Below are positions 1 through 13,777 of a stretch of 64,000 bases of DNA, piece by piece (position 1 is the first letter of the stretch; each line of letters opens with the position of its first letter). Below the pieces are notes generated by a model, which saw nothing but the letters and a program-made list of their open reading frames with translations, did not search any database and was not told where the DNA came from. The position numbers were made by a program, and so were the translations under genes. This DNA comes from Tubiluchus corallicola (lineage: Eukaryota; Animalia; Priapulida). The stretch spans positions 56,237 to 120,236 of the forward strand of contig JAQGDQ010000642.1 in assembly GCA_030141605.1 (NCBI GenBank), read 5' to 3'.

Positions 1-545
1 TACTCAAATAACTCGATACTGAGCTAATACACGTACTAGGCTCACAATAATGTAGAATCAGATGCCTAGTTGTCTCAAACACATCTAGTACGGGCCACTC
101 CTATACAAAAGTATATAAAAGTTGTCGGCAAATTACTCAAATAACTCGATACTGAGCTAATACACGTACTAGGCTCACAATAATGTAGAATCAGATGCCT
201 AGTTGTCTCAAAAACATCTAGTACGGGCCACTCCTATACAAAAGTATATAAAAGTTGTCGGCAAATTACTCAAATAACTCGATACTGAGCTAATACACGT
301 ACTATGCTCACAATAATGTAGAATCAGATGCCTAGTTGTCTCAAAAACATCTAGTACGGGCCACTCCTGTACAAAAGTATATAAAAGTTGTCGGCAAATT
401 ACTCAAATAACTCGATACTGAGCTAATACACGTACTATGCTCACAATAATGTACAATCAGATGCCTAGTTGTCTCAAAAACATCTAGTACGGCCACTCCT
501 GTACAAAAGTATATAAAAGTTGTCGGCAAATTACTCGCATAACTC
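1..545. repeat. 133-bp tandem repeat (at least 4 copies, truncated by window edge)
   Basis: Unit TACTCAAATAACTCGATACT... restarts at 1, 134, 267, 400 and 532; copies nearly identical. Confidence 0.95.
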
Positions 546-1008
546 CGCATAGTTGACTCTATATTGTTATACGTACAGATATACATGTGGTTACACTGAT
601 GTAAGTGATGTAAACAAAGTGACGGCCTGCCATCTAGCGGTCAGCTTGCAAAATAACAGATCCATAGTATATGGGACTTTTAACAGACTGGATTTTGTGC
701 GAATTTTCTGATTTCTTAACTTTTTGATGACATTCTAAATTTTAAATGCTTTTACCCACATTTTGTATGTAGTAATTTTTAGTATTTCTAGTTTTAGTCA
801 GTGTAAATTTTAATTGTATGTTTTTATGGCTTCTATGATGAAAAATAAACAGTAGTCAGTCAGTGAATCTAATTTTCTGCTGTCAATTATGAAATGTTGA
901 CAAGAAATACGTACACAACAAGTCTGTCAAAAGGAAGTTCATATCACAGGTTGCCCAACATTGAAATTACAGTGACAAATGCACTAACAATATGAGATGT
1001 ATACTTAC

Positions 1009-1832
1009 CACTGGTTTAGCAGTGAAATTTTTTAATACAGTGTAATCATCGTCGTACTCTCCATTCTCCAGGTAAAGAGTTTCCGGACTATCCTGGAATA
1101 AGAAAGGACGCATAAAGATAAGAATCACTAAAAACGCTACAAAGGTCTAGGAAAACAGATTAATTAAATACATAAAATATTATAATACAGTACAAAAGAA
1201 TCTTTATCTGAAACTAAATGAGCAAACAAAGGAGATCCGCATAGTTTGAGATATGAAACTGAATTACTACACATAAAGAGATCACATAGTGACATCTTTA
1301 GACAAAATTTTATGTTTACTCGAGTTTTTAAAGTTTAAAGCAAAACAGGACGATTTTTCATTTATGTGGTAACAATTCTTCCACGTAAGTCATTCTTTAG
1401 TACGTTTCCTTTCAATATTTTAAAGAGTAGATTGTTTTGGCCTACAGTTTAGGATCAGGTGTGGTTTTCCTTTAAATTTTAATTTGCAAACGTATCAGTT
1501 TTTTTGCTCTTGTTCTGCTGGCAAATGCTAACAATTGTACATCTGAACTAACCGAGATTTGCCCGTAGAACTGTTGCTAATCAAACAATATGACATAAAG
1601 GGTTCTGTTAACTGTTATGTAAGAAACAGAAATTTAAAAAAATTTAACGTAAACTGATTAATTTTTAGCATAAATTTGCTTAAAGAAGGTTAGAATACTT
1701 TTGTCTAACTTTAGAATAAATAGTCTCTATCTCTGTTATGTAGTTGTAGGTTGTTATTTACAGTGGGCGATAATAGCTCTTTGAGCTAATGTTAATTGTT
1801 GACCCAAAAGCTGACTTTAAATAAAGATGATG

Positions 1833-1865
<33 letters not shown>

Positions 1866-4800
1866 TGGTAATCAGAAAACTTACGAACAAGCTACAATCA
1901 GCTAACCCGTTTTTAAAATCCATCTTTACGTTATTTTAAATCTTTACACTAACGGAATGCTCTGGTTTTTTGGAATGCTGTTATTTCAGACGTAAACGCT
2001 TCAGTCAGCTGTGCAATCGCACTGCTGCAGTTATTCCATTCTCCATGTTTATCATTTAGTTCTCAGTCCAATATTTTTGCGCGAAAAGCTACAACTTGTC
2101 TGCCGCGGAATAAAAACCTGGAGAATTTCAGTTACACAGCAACCAAGAGTAGCCTATTTTTGTACACCAAACACAAACACAGATGTTTCAAGACGCATGC
2201 TGCTGTACGCAGGACGCAATCAAAAATGCTACTGCACCAGGAACTAATTTTATGCTAATAAAAAATAAAACTGATAGTTTTTGCCAGCAGATCTAGTGGC
2301 AGTCGCAGCAAATGGGAGATTTATATTACAGTAATGGCTCACAGAGCGAAGATATTGAATAACTGAGTGCCTTCTTACTCTGATCTCAAACTCACAAATT
2401 GCTCAACCTTGCACGCACTACTGCAGCTACATTTGGAGTGATGCCACAACGAAACGAATTACACTTTATCAGAAATTGCTAAATTGTCGGGAAGGTTCTG
2501 TGCTGAAGCAAACCAAGTAAAATACCTTTCATTACTACACTTAGGACAGATTGTCGTTCATTCCAAAACCCTGACAATTTGCTCAAATATATATTTTAGT
2601 ATCGTTTGTTATTTTTACACTATAAGTTCCGAAGATTCCTACTTGCAAAATAGCTGTTTATAAATCTCGTTTTTAACAAAAAATTAAGACTTGTTTGCCT
2701 ATTAATCTTACAATCTCAATTCATTCAACCCGAGACTGTTAACGGATATTGTACCTGATATTACCAATAAAACAGTTATAAGAAAACTGATTTTCTGCAT
2801 AATCTGTCAAGTTCCGGAGATTCCTACTTGCAAAACAGCTGTTTATAAATATAGTTTCTCCCCCGGACCTCTTATCTATGGAGTACTTTAACAAAAATTA
2901 AGACTGTTAACAGATACTGTACCTGATATTACCAATTAAACAGTTATAAGAAATCTGATTTTCTGCATAAGCTGTCAACAAAGTGATCACGTTTTCAGTT
3001 TAGTCCCTCGCCTTGAATAGCCACTTGAATTTTTAAGAAAAGGCGGAAATAAAGAACAAACCTGTACGCATCTACAAGGACGAATTTTGATATTTTTCAA
3101 TTATCTTTGCCAAAATGTCTAGCCTAGAAGTCTCTATTTCATTAATCAAATTTTGTCAACGTGCCGGCGACCTTCAGGGTAGCATATACAGTATGCATTA
3201 TTGCATGTCGAGGCGTTGAGCCTGTACGTATTTGAGCATATTCCCCGTTAATGTCGTGCATAATGTTCACCCAAGCATAAACCATGATTTGAAGTAAATT
3301 CATGCAGAGACCTTTAAACACGGGTACAGCATGTATTGCACACGCGTGGCATGTTACTAATGACGTAAATGCCATTACTATAAAATATACGCGGTGCTGC
3401 ATTCATAAGGGCTCTACGTATTCGTGTCCGTGGTGTTTGTTTACTTAGTATAAAGTTCACTCTTAGTTTAAACCATTGTATAAGTGTAAACAAAAATATA
3501 TTAGGAGACTGCTTTGCAGATATCTATTTAATTAAAGCAGAAGATACTAAAGCAGGTAATTCCTAATATTAAGACTGCCAGTTAATGGTGAAATGAACCC
3601 ACAGCTATTAATTATTTGAACATGTCGAGGGTTCTGTGGCCCCTAGCCCAAACAAGACCAACCAATGGCCATTTGCAAGGCGGCCTGAAGTGAGAAGGCG
3701 AAGAAATGCAATACATGTCCAGCAGCAAGAACAGGTTCCTGGTAGAGTTCCACAGGTAAGAAGCCCGAAGAAAAAACTAGATCTACAAGCAGCTGTTCTG
3801 CGTCCAGAAATGTCCGGAGTGAGAGATATCGTGAGCATCTTCCATTAGAAGTGAAAATCAGTGTCTTAATGAAGTTTTGTGAAACCAAACTGGATCAAAA
3901 AGGAATCAAATGTGAAAATGCTGGAACACAGTGTAGCTTAAATTCACTTTTCTTTGATTTTGCTTTTGGTCAAATTTTATTTTTGTAAAATCCCAGCATC
4001 AGAAACAAATTTTTTGACGTTAATAATTAACTTACAAAATTAAAGCCATGTAACATATAAAAATTTATATATTACATAATGCATCTTTGTATTTAAACAC
4101 ATGCACAGTGGTTGACCTAGGTGTGTAAGCTTACTATAAACTTACTAACGCTTAACTTACGTATGCAAGTTCACTATAAACTTACTACTGCTCAACCTAC
4201 GTGTGTAAGCTTACTATAAACTTACTACTGCTCAACCTACGTGTGTAAGCTTACTATAAACTTACTACCTACCATGTAAAAACGTGCTAGAAACCTGAAA
4301 CAATGACTTGTATTTAAACACATGTACAGTGCTTGAATTACATATGTAAGCTTACTATAAACTTATTAGTGCTTATCCTACGTGTGTAAGCTTACTATAA
4401 ATTTACTAGTGCCTAACCTACATGTGTAAGGTTACTATATTATTTGCAAACTGTCCACCCAATCAGGAGTTAGTTGTTATTTACTATGTTACTATTTACT
4501 ATGTAAAAAAATACTGAAAAACCTGGTACAACAACTATGTATTTAAACACATATGCGGTGCTTGACCTACCTGTGTAAGCTTACTATAAACTTACAAGTG
4601 CTTCCTTACTGTTATCGTATCTATTGTATGGGTTTTGTAAATTTTAATCAAGTATTAACTAATGAACTAGTCGTATTTTTGAATTAACTATTTTGAGTTA
4701 TTACATTCTCAAACTAACTAATTGTATATTGCTTCACTGCACATAGTGAAAATACTGTGATCAGTAATCGTTACTATATTGTAAATCCACTCAAAATAAA

Positions 4801-7800
4801 TAAAGTTTAAATATATAAAAAAGCCTGGTATGCAACAACTATGTTTAAGGTTATAACCTGTGTCATTTTCAATCTTTTCTTATTGAAATATGAACCAGAT
4901 TTGCACTCTAGATAATCTACGTGAGTAGCATATTATCATAAATTTAACAAGCCGAGCTCTGCTTTGCATTCCGTAAGTTTCGACCATATGAAACTGAATG
5001 TATGATTTCAGGCGAAGCAGAGATCATGCAGTGTACAATTAGTTCATGGTCGTACAGAAAAACTTAAGCTAGACTAATGTGCCAAAGTCCAATGCTGTAG
5101 TAGTGGCTCGGATTTTATAAATCTGCGCGCTCGAGGTTATAACAATACATTCGCATTTGAGGTGTATAAGATTTCACAAATAAAATCGTACTAAATATCC
5201 ATCACTTAACGTTATGGGCCCTATAAAAATCTACAAACATTTAACATAGGTATCCAGGCTCAAGTTTTTTTAATTTACTAATTCAATTTTTTTAAGTTAA
5301 TTTAAATTTAATTTCAATTCATCTGAAATGAAATTATCCGTTTATTTTTGCTCTTTCCTGCCAGCTGTTGTCCATCTTTATGCATTTAAAATTAATCATC
5401 CATTCAGCTTATAATCGTGTGTAAGAAAGGATTAGCTCACCATAAGCTCATTACTCACACACTTTAATATTTTGTGAAAATTCTATCGAAGAATTTTCTG
5501 TCGTAATTTCTTCGCCTCGTGTTGTTTCACATTCTCTGAAAGTTCGTTACAATTTCTTCGCAAATATAAATTACACGAATTGTAAAATTTCAAACAAACC
5601 AGCCTAACTACAACTCTTTGCACGCTGTTGAATTCGCTTGTTGTTTTGCATGCGTAAATAAGATAAGAAAAGATATTTATTCAGGTTTAACTTGACTGAC
5701 CAAAGCTCGTTTACAACTAACTCCTGATTGGGTGGACAGTTTGCAAATAATATTCAGGATAATCGCAAAAAACGTACATTTTTAACAAAAACAAAACATA
5801 TCAAAATTAAAAGCAGGTCAAAAAGACGAAATTTAAAAAGCACAATACAATTAATTAGCAAAACAGGCTTGATAAATAGCTTTAAGGCAGTATAAAGCAC
5901 AGCTAGTCAATAAGTTAATTTGTTATAATTTGCTAAATTCAGAATCTGACACATGGTAACCTGTCAGCTAATGAAAGTCAGCTATGTACATTTTCCTGAT
6001 TTTCCAGAAACTTCCACACATTGCCTTGTAGGAATACCTCATTCAGTTATCCCCAGTTACAACATTTTAATAACTACTGTGCTAAAAGCAGTAACCCCCT
6101 AGGGTCTTGAATTCGTGTGTAACATTATCACAATAGCTATAACATGCCTAAAACAGCTTTTATATACGCAAGGCAAGAAAGATGATTGCTCGCGCGTGTA
6201 CGTTACATTATATGCAATACTACTTATTAAAATTATGTTTAAGAAAACATATTGTGTGCAATATGCATTTGACAACAGAGATATCGATTTGTGCATGATA
6301 CAGTATATTAGTCCAACTAACACGCAAACATGTAAACATATTTTGACCATCAAACTTAGATTGTTGTAGGAGGGTAGAGTCAAATTGCAATCAAATTGTG
6401 TTTGCGAGACAAAAGCCTGCTACTGGTGTTGAAGCAGATAAATTTTCTTACAGGAAGACAGGATGATTTTTCATGTACTACTCCATTTTCAAGTACGGTA
6501 AAAAGTACGGCACCAACATCACAATGATTATCCTCAACTGATGAGTTTGCCGCGCATTCTAGATATGAAATTGAAAAGGTATCTATCAACCACAGTACTT
6601 CCCATGACGATTTTGAAAAACACTTTTATTTAAGGAAGACAGGAAGATTTTTCATCACACCCCATTTTCAAGTCCGATAAAAAGTATACATTTTAACACA
6701 AGTGATACTGAAAAAGGGTTTCTGATAATTAAATAACAGATTAAAAACTTAATTAATGGCAGATGAGCCAAACAATTGACGACATCACAAACTAACATTA
6801 TTTTCAACAGCAAAAATATTTCAAGAGTGTGTTGCACGTGTTTGCGAACGCGAAATTTGAAGTACATTGCTACTGTAAGGTATTCAGTGCATTGTACTAA
6901 AACTAGGCAAGTTCTGAGATAAAAATTCAAATTTGCCGCTGTGCTCATGCATAAGCTGTCAAACGCATGCAGTTCGTCACAAACTAACACATCTGAACTG
7001 AGAGGTACAGTATCTGTTTTTTGTACAATGCATTTCTGAAATGCAGGCACTAGTGCCCATCTAACTAGCGAATGGCGAAATGCATGTAACAGCAAAGAAC
7101 TAGTGGTGCGAACTTGAAATTGTGTTTGTGTGGTAATAATTCTTTCACATAAGTCATTTTTGAAAAAATAGTATGTTTCCTTTTGAATATTTTAAAGAAT
7201 AGGTTGTTTCGACCTACAATCTAAGATTGAGTCTGTTTTTGCTTTAACTTACTGCAGGAGGGAGCGTCAAATTGCAGTCAGATTGTGTTTGCGGAGACAT
7301 CATAAGCCTGCACTGGTGTTGAAGTAGATAAATTCTCTTAACGTATACAATAATTTTAGTAAACAATGCAACCATTATGATAAAAAAATATTTCTAATTT
7401 TTATATACATAATAAAAGTAACTAATTTTACCGCATGCATCACTTTTTGTATTCTTTTAATTTGATTTACATCATCTTTTAATTTGTAAATAAGTAAATT
7501 TTGTACGTAAATTTCTGCAGTATATATTTCTTACATGCAACGTATTTTTTACTTTGTATACATAACAAATAAAGATTGGCAAATAAAGATTTTATCTGTC
7601 TGTCTGTCTACCTGCCTATCTATCCATCCATCCATCCATCCATTCATCTATCTACCTATCTTATCTATCTATCTATCATTCAATTTTCATGAAATACAAC
7701 AAGTAAGTACGTAACTGACAATATTCACATATACTAAAGGCTGCTAACTAATAGAATTTACAGAAACCAAATTCATTAAGATAAATTCACGTACCACTGT

Positions 7801-7914
7801 GGCTTCCGTGTCTGTACGTTTTCGCTTTTTTGGTGCCACACCGCCCGAAGGACACTTTATAGAAGCAAGACGGCTCTGTGACTGGCCTGCATTATAGCGA
7901 TGACGTAGGCGCAT
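1009..7914 (-). CDS. 5' coding exons of an unidentified gene with a monopartite NLS; continues off the left edge
   Basis: Exon 7795-7967 (acceptor ttttcag, GCCATCATG at 7914, donor GTACGT) encodes MRLRHRYNAGQSQSRLASIKCPSGGVAPKKRKRTDTEATV. Phase-0 exon 1009-1092 (ttccag/GTAAGT) encodes DSPETLYLENGEYDDDYTVLKNFTAKPV. Intervening exons not excluded. Confidence 0.6.
1339..1471 (+). mobile_element. Internally deleted Kolobok-like MITE (same family as 57925-58533)
   Basis: TTAA on both sides; carries both end sequences of the 57925 element (AG..CAGGACGATTTTTCAT / GGTTTTCCT). Confidence 0.6.
2628..2978. repeat. Imperfect ~185-bp tandem duplication
   Basis: CCG(A/G)AGATTCCTACTTGCAAAA...TCTGCATAA.CTGTCAA occurs twice in tandem. 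Confidence 0.75.
3640..3850 (-). mobile_element. LINE (CR1/L2-group) ORF2 3'-end relic
   Basis: With frameshifts the minus strand reads RRTAACRSSFF-RASYLWNS, matching the SFF.R....WN.LP C-terminal motif. Confidence 0.5.
4089..4605. repeat. 40-bp minisatellite nested in ~220-bp higher-order blocks
   Basis: CTTACTATAAACTTACTACTGCTCAACCTACGTGTGTAAG at 4130/4170/4210/4250; block start GTATTTAAACACAT at 4089, 4311, 4539. Confidence 0.85.
5660..5760 (-). mobile_element. L2-like retroposon 3' terminus
   Basis: Minus strand CAGGAGTTAGTTGTAAACGAG...CCTGAATAAA followed by a short (TCTT)-type tail. Confidence 0.4.
6634..7243 (+). mobile_element. Kolobok-like non-autonomous DNA transposon
   Basis: TTAA flanks; aligns end to end with 57925-58533 (the ORF track also shows similar spurious ORFs). 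A truncated left end sits at about 6452-6630. Confidence 0.75.
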
Positions 7915-10900
7915 GATGGCTTAGTTCACAGCGGACACGCGTTGCCACAGCATGCTTATTTACTTAACTGAAAACAAAAAGCAACATTCAGAAATATTTC
8001 AGTAAACATTGAATATCAAGGAGTAACACTAGTTAATAAATTCTGCTATTGTTAGGTAAATCTATTTCAAAATTACAACCTTTTTACAACTACAGCTGAA
8101 ATGTGGAAGATGCATTGAACGACGCTACAAATTTAACTATAACAGCAACTATGTATCTTTTTAGTCATGAATAGTAAACTACAATACTTATGAATCAGAC
8201 ATACCGGGTATTTTCCATGTTTTAACTACAAACCGATTATGCTTTTAAGAATCGATTTAGGTCATGTTTTACGACGAATATGAGCAGTTTTTATGACTTT
8301 TCCATTATTTCTTACAAGAAACAACTATTATGTTTACAGATACATAAATAGATCTATGTATATGATTGATTTGCTGAAAACTATTGTATAGTCTTATTAT
8401 ACTTAGCAGTAACCTTATCACTTAAAATGAGGCTCTCAGAATCATACAGAAAACATCTAAAAAGTTTTCAGCACTGGCAATCGAGCTAATAGTTTTATTG
8501 GGAAGCCCTAGTGCTGGTTTGCCAAAGAATAGCATTAACAGTTTCATGAGAATCCATGCATGATGCTAGACAATCAAATCAATAAATTTTCTAGATTAAG
8601 TGAGTCTGGTCGTTGAGGGGATGCGGAAAAAACACAGTTACCAAGACAACAGGAGACAGTGCGAGCGTGGACAGGGAACTCAGTCAACACACAGCAGTTA
8701 TGATGAAAACTAAGTCATGCATTATTATGCCAATATATATTTGTTTGATTATTATACATCATAGTTGACAAGAACATGTAACAGAGCACCTAGTGGAAAT
8801 ACAGCCTCGTGGAAAAGACAGAGAGGACTTTTTAGGATAGCCAATGAGGCTTACAAATTCGTCAGAGAAAAACAGTCTTTAGAGCACTAAAGAAACATGT
8901 ATAAACGGAATTTCTAAAACACATCGGCAGACCAGTTTACCCCTATTAAAATGTTAGTTCAATGTTAATTTCTGGACTAATTTAGAAGTTAATTTGGAAA
9001 CTTGTTGTGGAGTAATTAGCACTCAGTCCCTACCAAAAGTTTTAGAGTAGCAAAAAGAATAGACTTATACATGCACTGTGAATTTATATTACTTATCTCA
9101 AGAAAATAAACTCGGTGAAACTAGACGGCAAGCTTTAACAACATTTTCGTCCATAACACTCGAATGAATTGACAGCAAACTGCCTAACTAATTTCTACTT
9201 ATAAGCAAAGTTGTTTTTCAAAAAACGTGCACTAGCACAAAAAAACTCAACTGAAAGTCCAATAACTAGTGTGTTACCAAACTGTGAAGTTATTATAAAA
9301 ATTTACAAGTAAATAAGTGTCTGATTATGGGCATTAAATTCACTTAAATCAATTCTCAAAAAATTTCAATCTTTGTCAAACATGTCGCATGACTGCATGA
9401 CAGCTAAATAAATTTTGAAGTTGAAGATAATATTGTTAGAAATACATGTAATACAGATAATACAGAGTAAACACAGAGTGCACACTGTGCATACGGTAAA
9501 CAAACAGTGCACAATAAAATTATTTAATTATATACACAAAGCTCGCATATTTTTAACTTGGTTACTCTAGTAATCACAGGGCAATAACGTTAATGTTAAT
9601 CGATGAATTAAACAAAGTTACAGAACACGTTGTGATGCTAGTATTAGGTGTTGGTAATAAATTTTTACGATACTAAATTTGTATCAACAATTGTCAACAC
9701 AATGTTGTTGCCCATCGTTTCAAAACACACGTACAACCAAAAAATTCATTTTACCATATTCCTGTTGGTATCCAATTAAAAGTTTGCAACTGCACATCAG
9801 CAGTATATGTAACACACAACACAGCCGAAAATTTTACATTACTCTATTATAACATCTAGACGTAAAAGCAAAACACATTCCACAAGTGAACACGGTACAA
9901 CACGACGCTACAATGGCTACTACGTACAGTTAACATGCGCTCTGTGAATAGCAGCAGCACGTAGTTGTTGGCTTGCTGCTGCCAAGCTAGCTGAGTCATG
10001 TGACCAAGCCATTCTGACAACATCAAGTAATTATCAAACGGACTAGAAATTATATTACACGTATATGTATTCATGTGTTATGTTATTGTATTAACATTAT
10101 TCTATCATTTTTTTGTTTTTAGTGGCTGACTAGATAACTTGGCTGCCCTTCTCCTTAGCTTCAAACATATTGCATATATTCCTAATTCTGTGTTTTGATA
10201 ATTCTTGCGGAGTTGATAAATAAATTGAATTGAATTAGTTTTTTATTGATAGTCTGTACTATTTTTGTTTTTTTTCTTGCTTATTATTTCTTTTTGTTAT
10301 CTGCAGCGTCGCCGTTTATTTTTAATATACCTATCTAGCTATATGAAAGGGTCGGAGACTAGATGACACTTTGGTGCCTCCCTGCCCTGCTCCATGATTA
10401 CAATTATTTAATGATTAACTAAAACTTTTACTGTGAAACTATATTGCAGAAAATAAATGTTCTATGTCTGTGTCTATGTCTCTGTTCGGCAATTATTTTA
10501 CATATCACGTACAATAATGCTTACAGTAGCTAATAAGTAAAAAAAGTTCAATATTTTTCCTCTCCGCAACTATTTCATGCTTCATAACTTGCTATTCGCG
10601 TTTATTTAAACTAAAAAGTGCAGCCACATGTAGATATGGCAGTTTTATAATTTAAGGCTTCTGCTTCGAACATCTGCTTCTGCCATGAAAATAAATAAAA
10701 TTATTCAATGTTTCAAAAACGGTTATACAGCATTAATTGAAGTTTTATTATTTTAAATGACAAATTAAAATTAAAATCACCTTGATTACTCGGCAAGAAA
10801 TAGTCCCAGGGTTGATGTACTAAATCATAGCGAAATACTGGATGAATTTTTGCGATTATTTCAAACTAACACAACCATCTTAATGAAATAAAGGTTTACA

Positions 10901-11269
10901 AATATCGACTTTTGACACCGAATCTCTTGTCAGTTAGTGCCTTCAAAATTTGATTTATAATCATTTTATCCACTAGCATGTGTCAATTTTTGTTATTGTT
11001 AATGATGTCAACAATCAAATCCAATTAACCATTGTCTGCATTAATTAATTCAATGTTTTTTCATATATAGATTAAGTTTAGCTGCCGTTATATAGTTTAG
11101 TAATGATACTACGTAGCGAACCTAACACTGACGGAAGACGAACTGCGAATTCATCCAATTCAGGTGTGTTATGCCAGGTGATTTATGAAATGACTAAGTT
11201 TACAATCTATCCAAGCAAAGCTACTAGCAATTAGAAGCAAAGGACACAATGGATAAGTTAAAAACTAGA

Positions 11270-11780
11270 ATTCCCGGGATCTCAAAACTAATTTTGAAGT
11301 TGATAAGCAACTGTTATCGTTCTTCGTGAAGCTCAGCTGAGAGGGAAACAACATCCTGACAGCTTTTGAATTCCACGGATAACATGCCCGAGGAAGTGCA
11401 ACTGGAATAGCCAGTAGTATTGCATCTAGAAATGTTATAGCACAAAAATGTGAACAATAAGACCTCGAAAAATACAATGACGACAATGATGACAGATGCA
11501 GAACAGGAGCTCTGGACAAACTTTAAGCATCTGGATACAGCCAATACCTGAAACTATCTTCCCTTAAGGTAGCAATAGATGTTTGATGAACAAGAGGCTG
11601 CAGAGTCGGACCACATTAATAATGTTAGGATGCTGCAATCTGTTAAGAGTTCATTCAGTTCACGTAACAAACCGAGACACTAGCCCAGATGAGGTCCACT
11701 GCAGGACTCCATGCAAGATCAGACAAAAAGATCAATTTGTAAAGATGGGTCAGACCATCGGAGGCTAGATATTTTACAGC
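11270..11780 (+). mobile_element. Degenerate Penelope-like retroelement fragment (GIY-YIG region)
   Basis: VHCRTPCK...VKMGQT resembles the VY.IPC...YIGQT endonuclease motif; many stops. Confidence 0.35.
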
Positions 11781-11782
11781 AC

Positions 11783-12155
11783 TAGGGGTGAGCATTCTTT
11801 ACCAGAAAGCAAGTTCAAATTGAATTGAATATGTTACTTTCGAATTCGATCGAATTCAAATTGAGTTTGAAAGATTTTTGAACAAGTTTTCGAACAACTA
11901 GTAAAAAGTGGTCTTTCAAAGATCATGCAAATTATTACTTGATTTTATTCTGCAGGAAAAATACTATTAGTTTGTTGCATGCTGTTTCAAACATTTTAAT
12001 AATAAAGAACATATGTGTGGCTGAAGTACTGAATTGTTCGAATCTATAATTTTAGGGTTGAATCGAATTCCAATTAAGAAAATTCGTTTGAATCGAATGC
12101 AAACGTTCGAATTCAATTCGAATGTTCGAACTTGAATGCTCGATGCTCACCCCTA
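11783..12155 (+). mobile_element. hAT-type MITE rich in TTCGAA subterminal motifs
   Basis: TIR TAGGGGTGAGCAT/ATGCTCACCCCTA; degenerate 8-bp TSD tacagcac/tccatcac; inverted relatives at about 27840-28166 and 46295-46650. Confidence 0.75.
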
Positions 12156-12789
12156 TCCATCACGCACTACAGGCAATTCACTTTTTTCAATATGTTTTTA
12201 TTTCTTAGTCACTTCTGCAAGCGACTAACCCAAGATCGAGTCACAAGGCTAAGCAAGCAAACATAAACTTGTAATTTATTAATCTATTACAAACAAATTG
12301 TTGGGTTACTTGCTGGCAATATAACTCCTGTAAACAGAACTTTTTGCCATGAAGCCAGACTCGCTTAAAATTGTTCCCATCCATGCAATAGTCTCTGCCA
12401 TTTACTCACTGTGAAGCAAGTAAAATTTCAAATTTTCACAAAAAAACTGTATGACATTCGTAAACATGTATTGTAATTAATTTATTAAAATCATTTTGCA
12501 GCTTCAGGAGTAGTAATCGAAGATTATGTAGAATGTTCAACATGTTCAATGCATTATTACAGTAATTTCAGGAAAAGAAAGCAAAGATTACGATTTATAG
12601 AATTTTCAGGCATTACTGACAATCGGTGGTTGTGTTTGACATTTCGCGCAGTTTCAACGATGTACAAAATATTTTTGCTGTTGCTGTTTCGTTGCACAAT
12701 GTAGCTGGTCTCGTGTGGTATAAGGTGTCTTTTGTGGTGTCATAAACACATTGCTATTGCAGAAAAATTATTGAATGGTTTAAAGGAAC

Positions 12790-13170
12790 CGCCAGAAGGG
12801 AACCATACTGTACATTTGCTTGGCCTTGGTTTGGCCTAGAGCAACTAATTTTGAAAAGGGATCTGTAACTCGGCTTGCACAGCAGCTAGGAAGCAGAAAT
12901 TTGGCAGAAGAATGCTTTGTAATGGTAGTAAGTAGATAATCACGAAACAGATGCGAATAAGGACAAAAAACTAAGTAAAGTTAGTAAGCCAATGCTTCTC
13001 ACTCCCGATAGTTAATAAATAGGGCGAGACTGTAGAATTATGTTTCAGAGCTGTGACCAAATTGTGACAGCAAAACTAAATGTCACAGCATCAATATTGA
13101 AATTCCTGTAACTAACGAGATCTTAACTGAAAGAGTTGGAATACATCTAGCCAACTCAGCAACTACCCAA
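12790..13170 (+). repeat. Dispersed repeat, second copy at about 24130-24400
   Basis: CATTTGCTTGG...TGAAAAGGG...GTAACTCGGCTT...TGCTTTGTAATGG shared by both copies. Confidence 0.7.
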
Positions 13171-13777
13171 CTAGTAAGCTCTGTTGCCGCTTCTATATTA
13201 ATAGCTTTAAAAAATTAAATCTAAAGCCCAGTCAATAATATTAGGCAAATTCGCGCGATAATTTATAACCAAATTAAATGGATGTCAGAGCTTTCAAAAA
13301 ACAAAACAGCAAGTGCATTATCTACTCTTTAACGTTGGCGGGCCAAGGTAACGGGAAGAAATTTGAAAATACTGACTTTAGAAATATGAATAACAATTGA
13401 ATGAACGTTATACCATATCCCTTTCGACAAGCAAAGGCAAACTACAGTACAATACCTAGACTAGAAGTATTCTCAACTTTAACAACAATAATGGCCGTAA
13501 CGTTTGGTTTTTCAAACTTTTTAATCTCTTGCTAGTAATTACGCTGTAAAAGAAATAGATCGAATTACCAACAGTATATTTGATCTACTAAGCTATACAA
13601 CACTATCACTAATTCAATTAAGATAAATAATCTATTGTACCATAATTAACTTGAATAATTATTAGGTACAGTATACTTGAACTACAAAGCGAATAACATC
13701 ACTAACTCAATCACGATAATAATCTAACGTAGCATAATTAACTTGAATAATTTCATTAAATTTAAAAAATGACTCAC

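Noticed and set aside
6655-7095. 146-aa ORF and similar ORF at 57921
   Set aside because: Both lie within copies of a non-coding MITE and the frame is not conserved between them.
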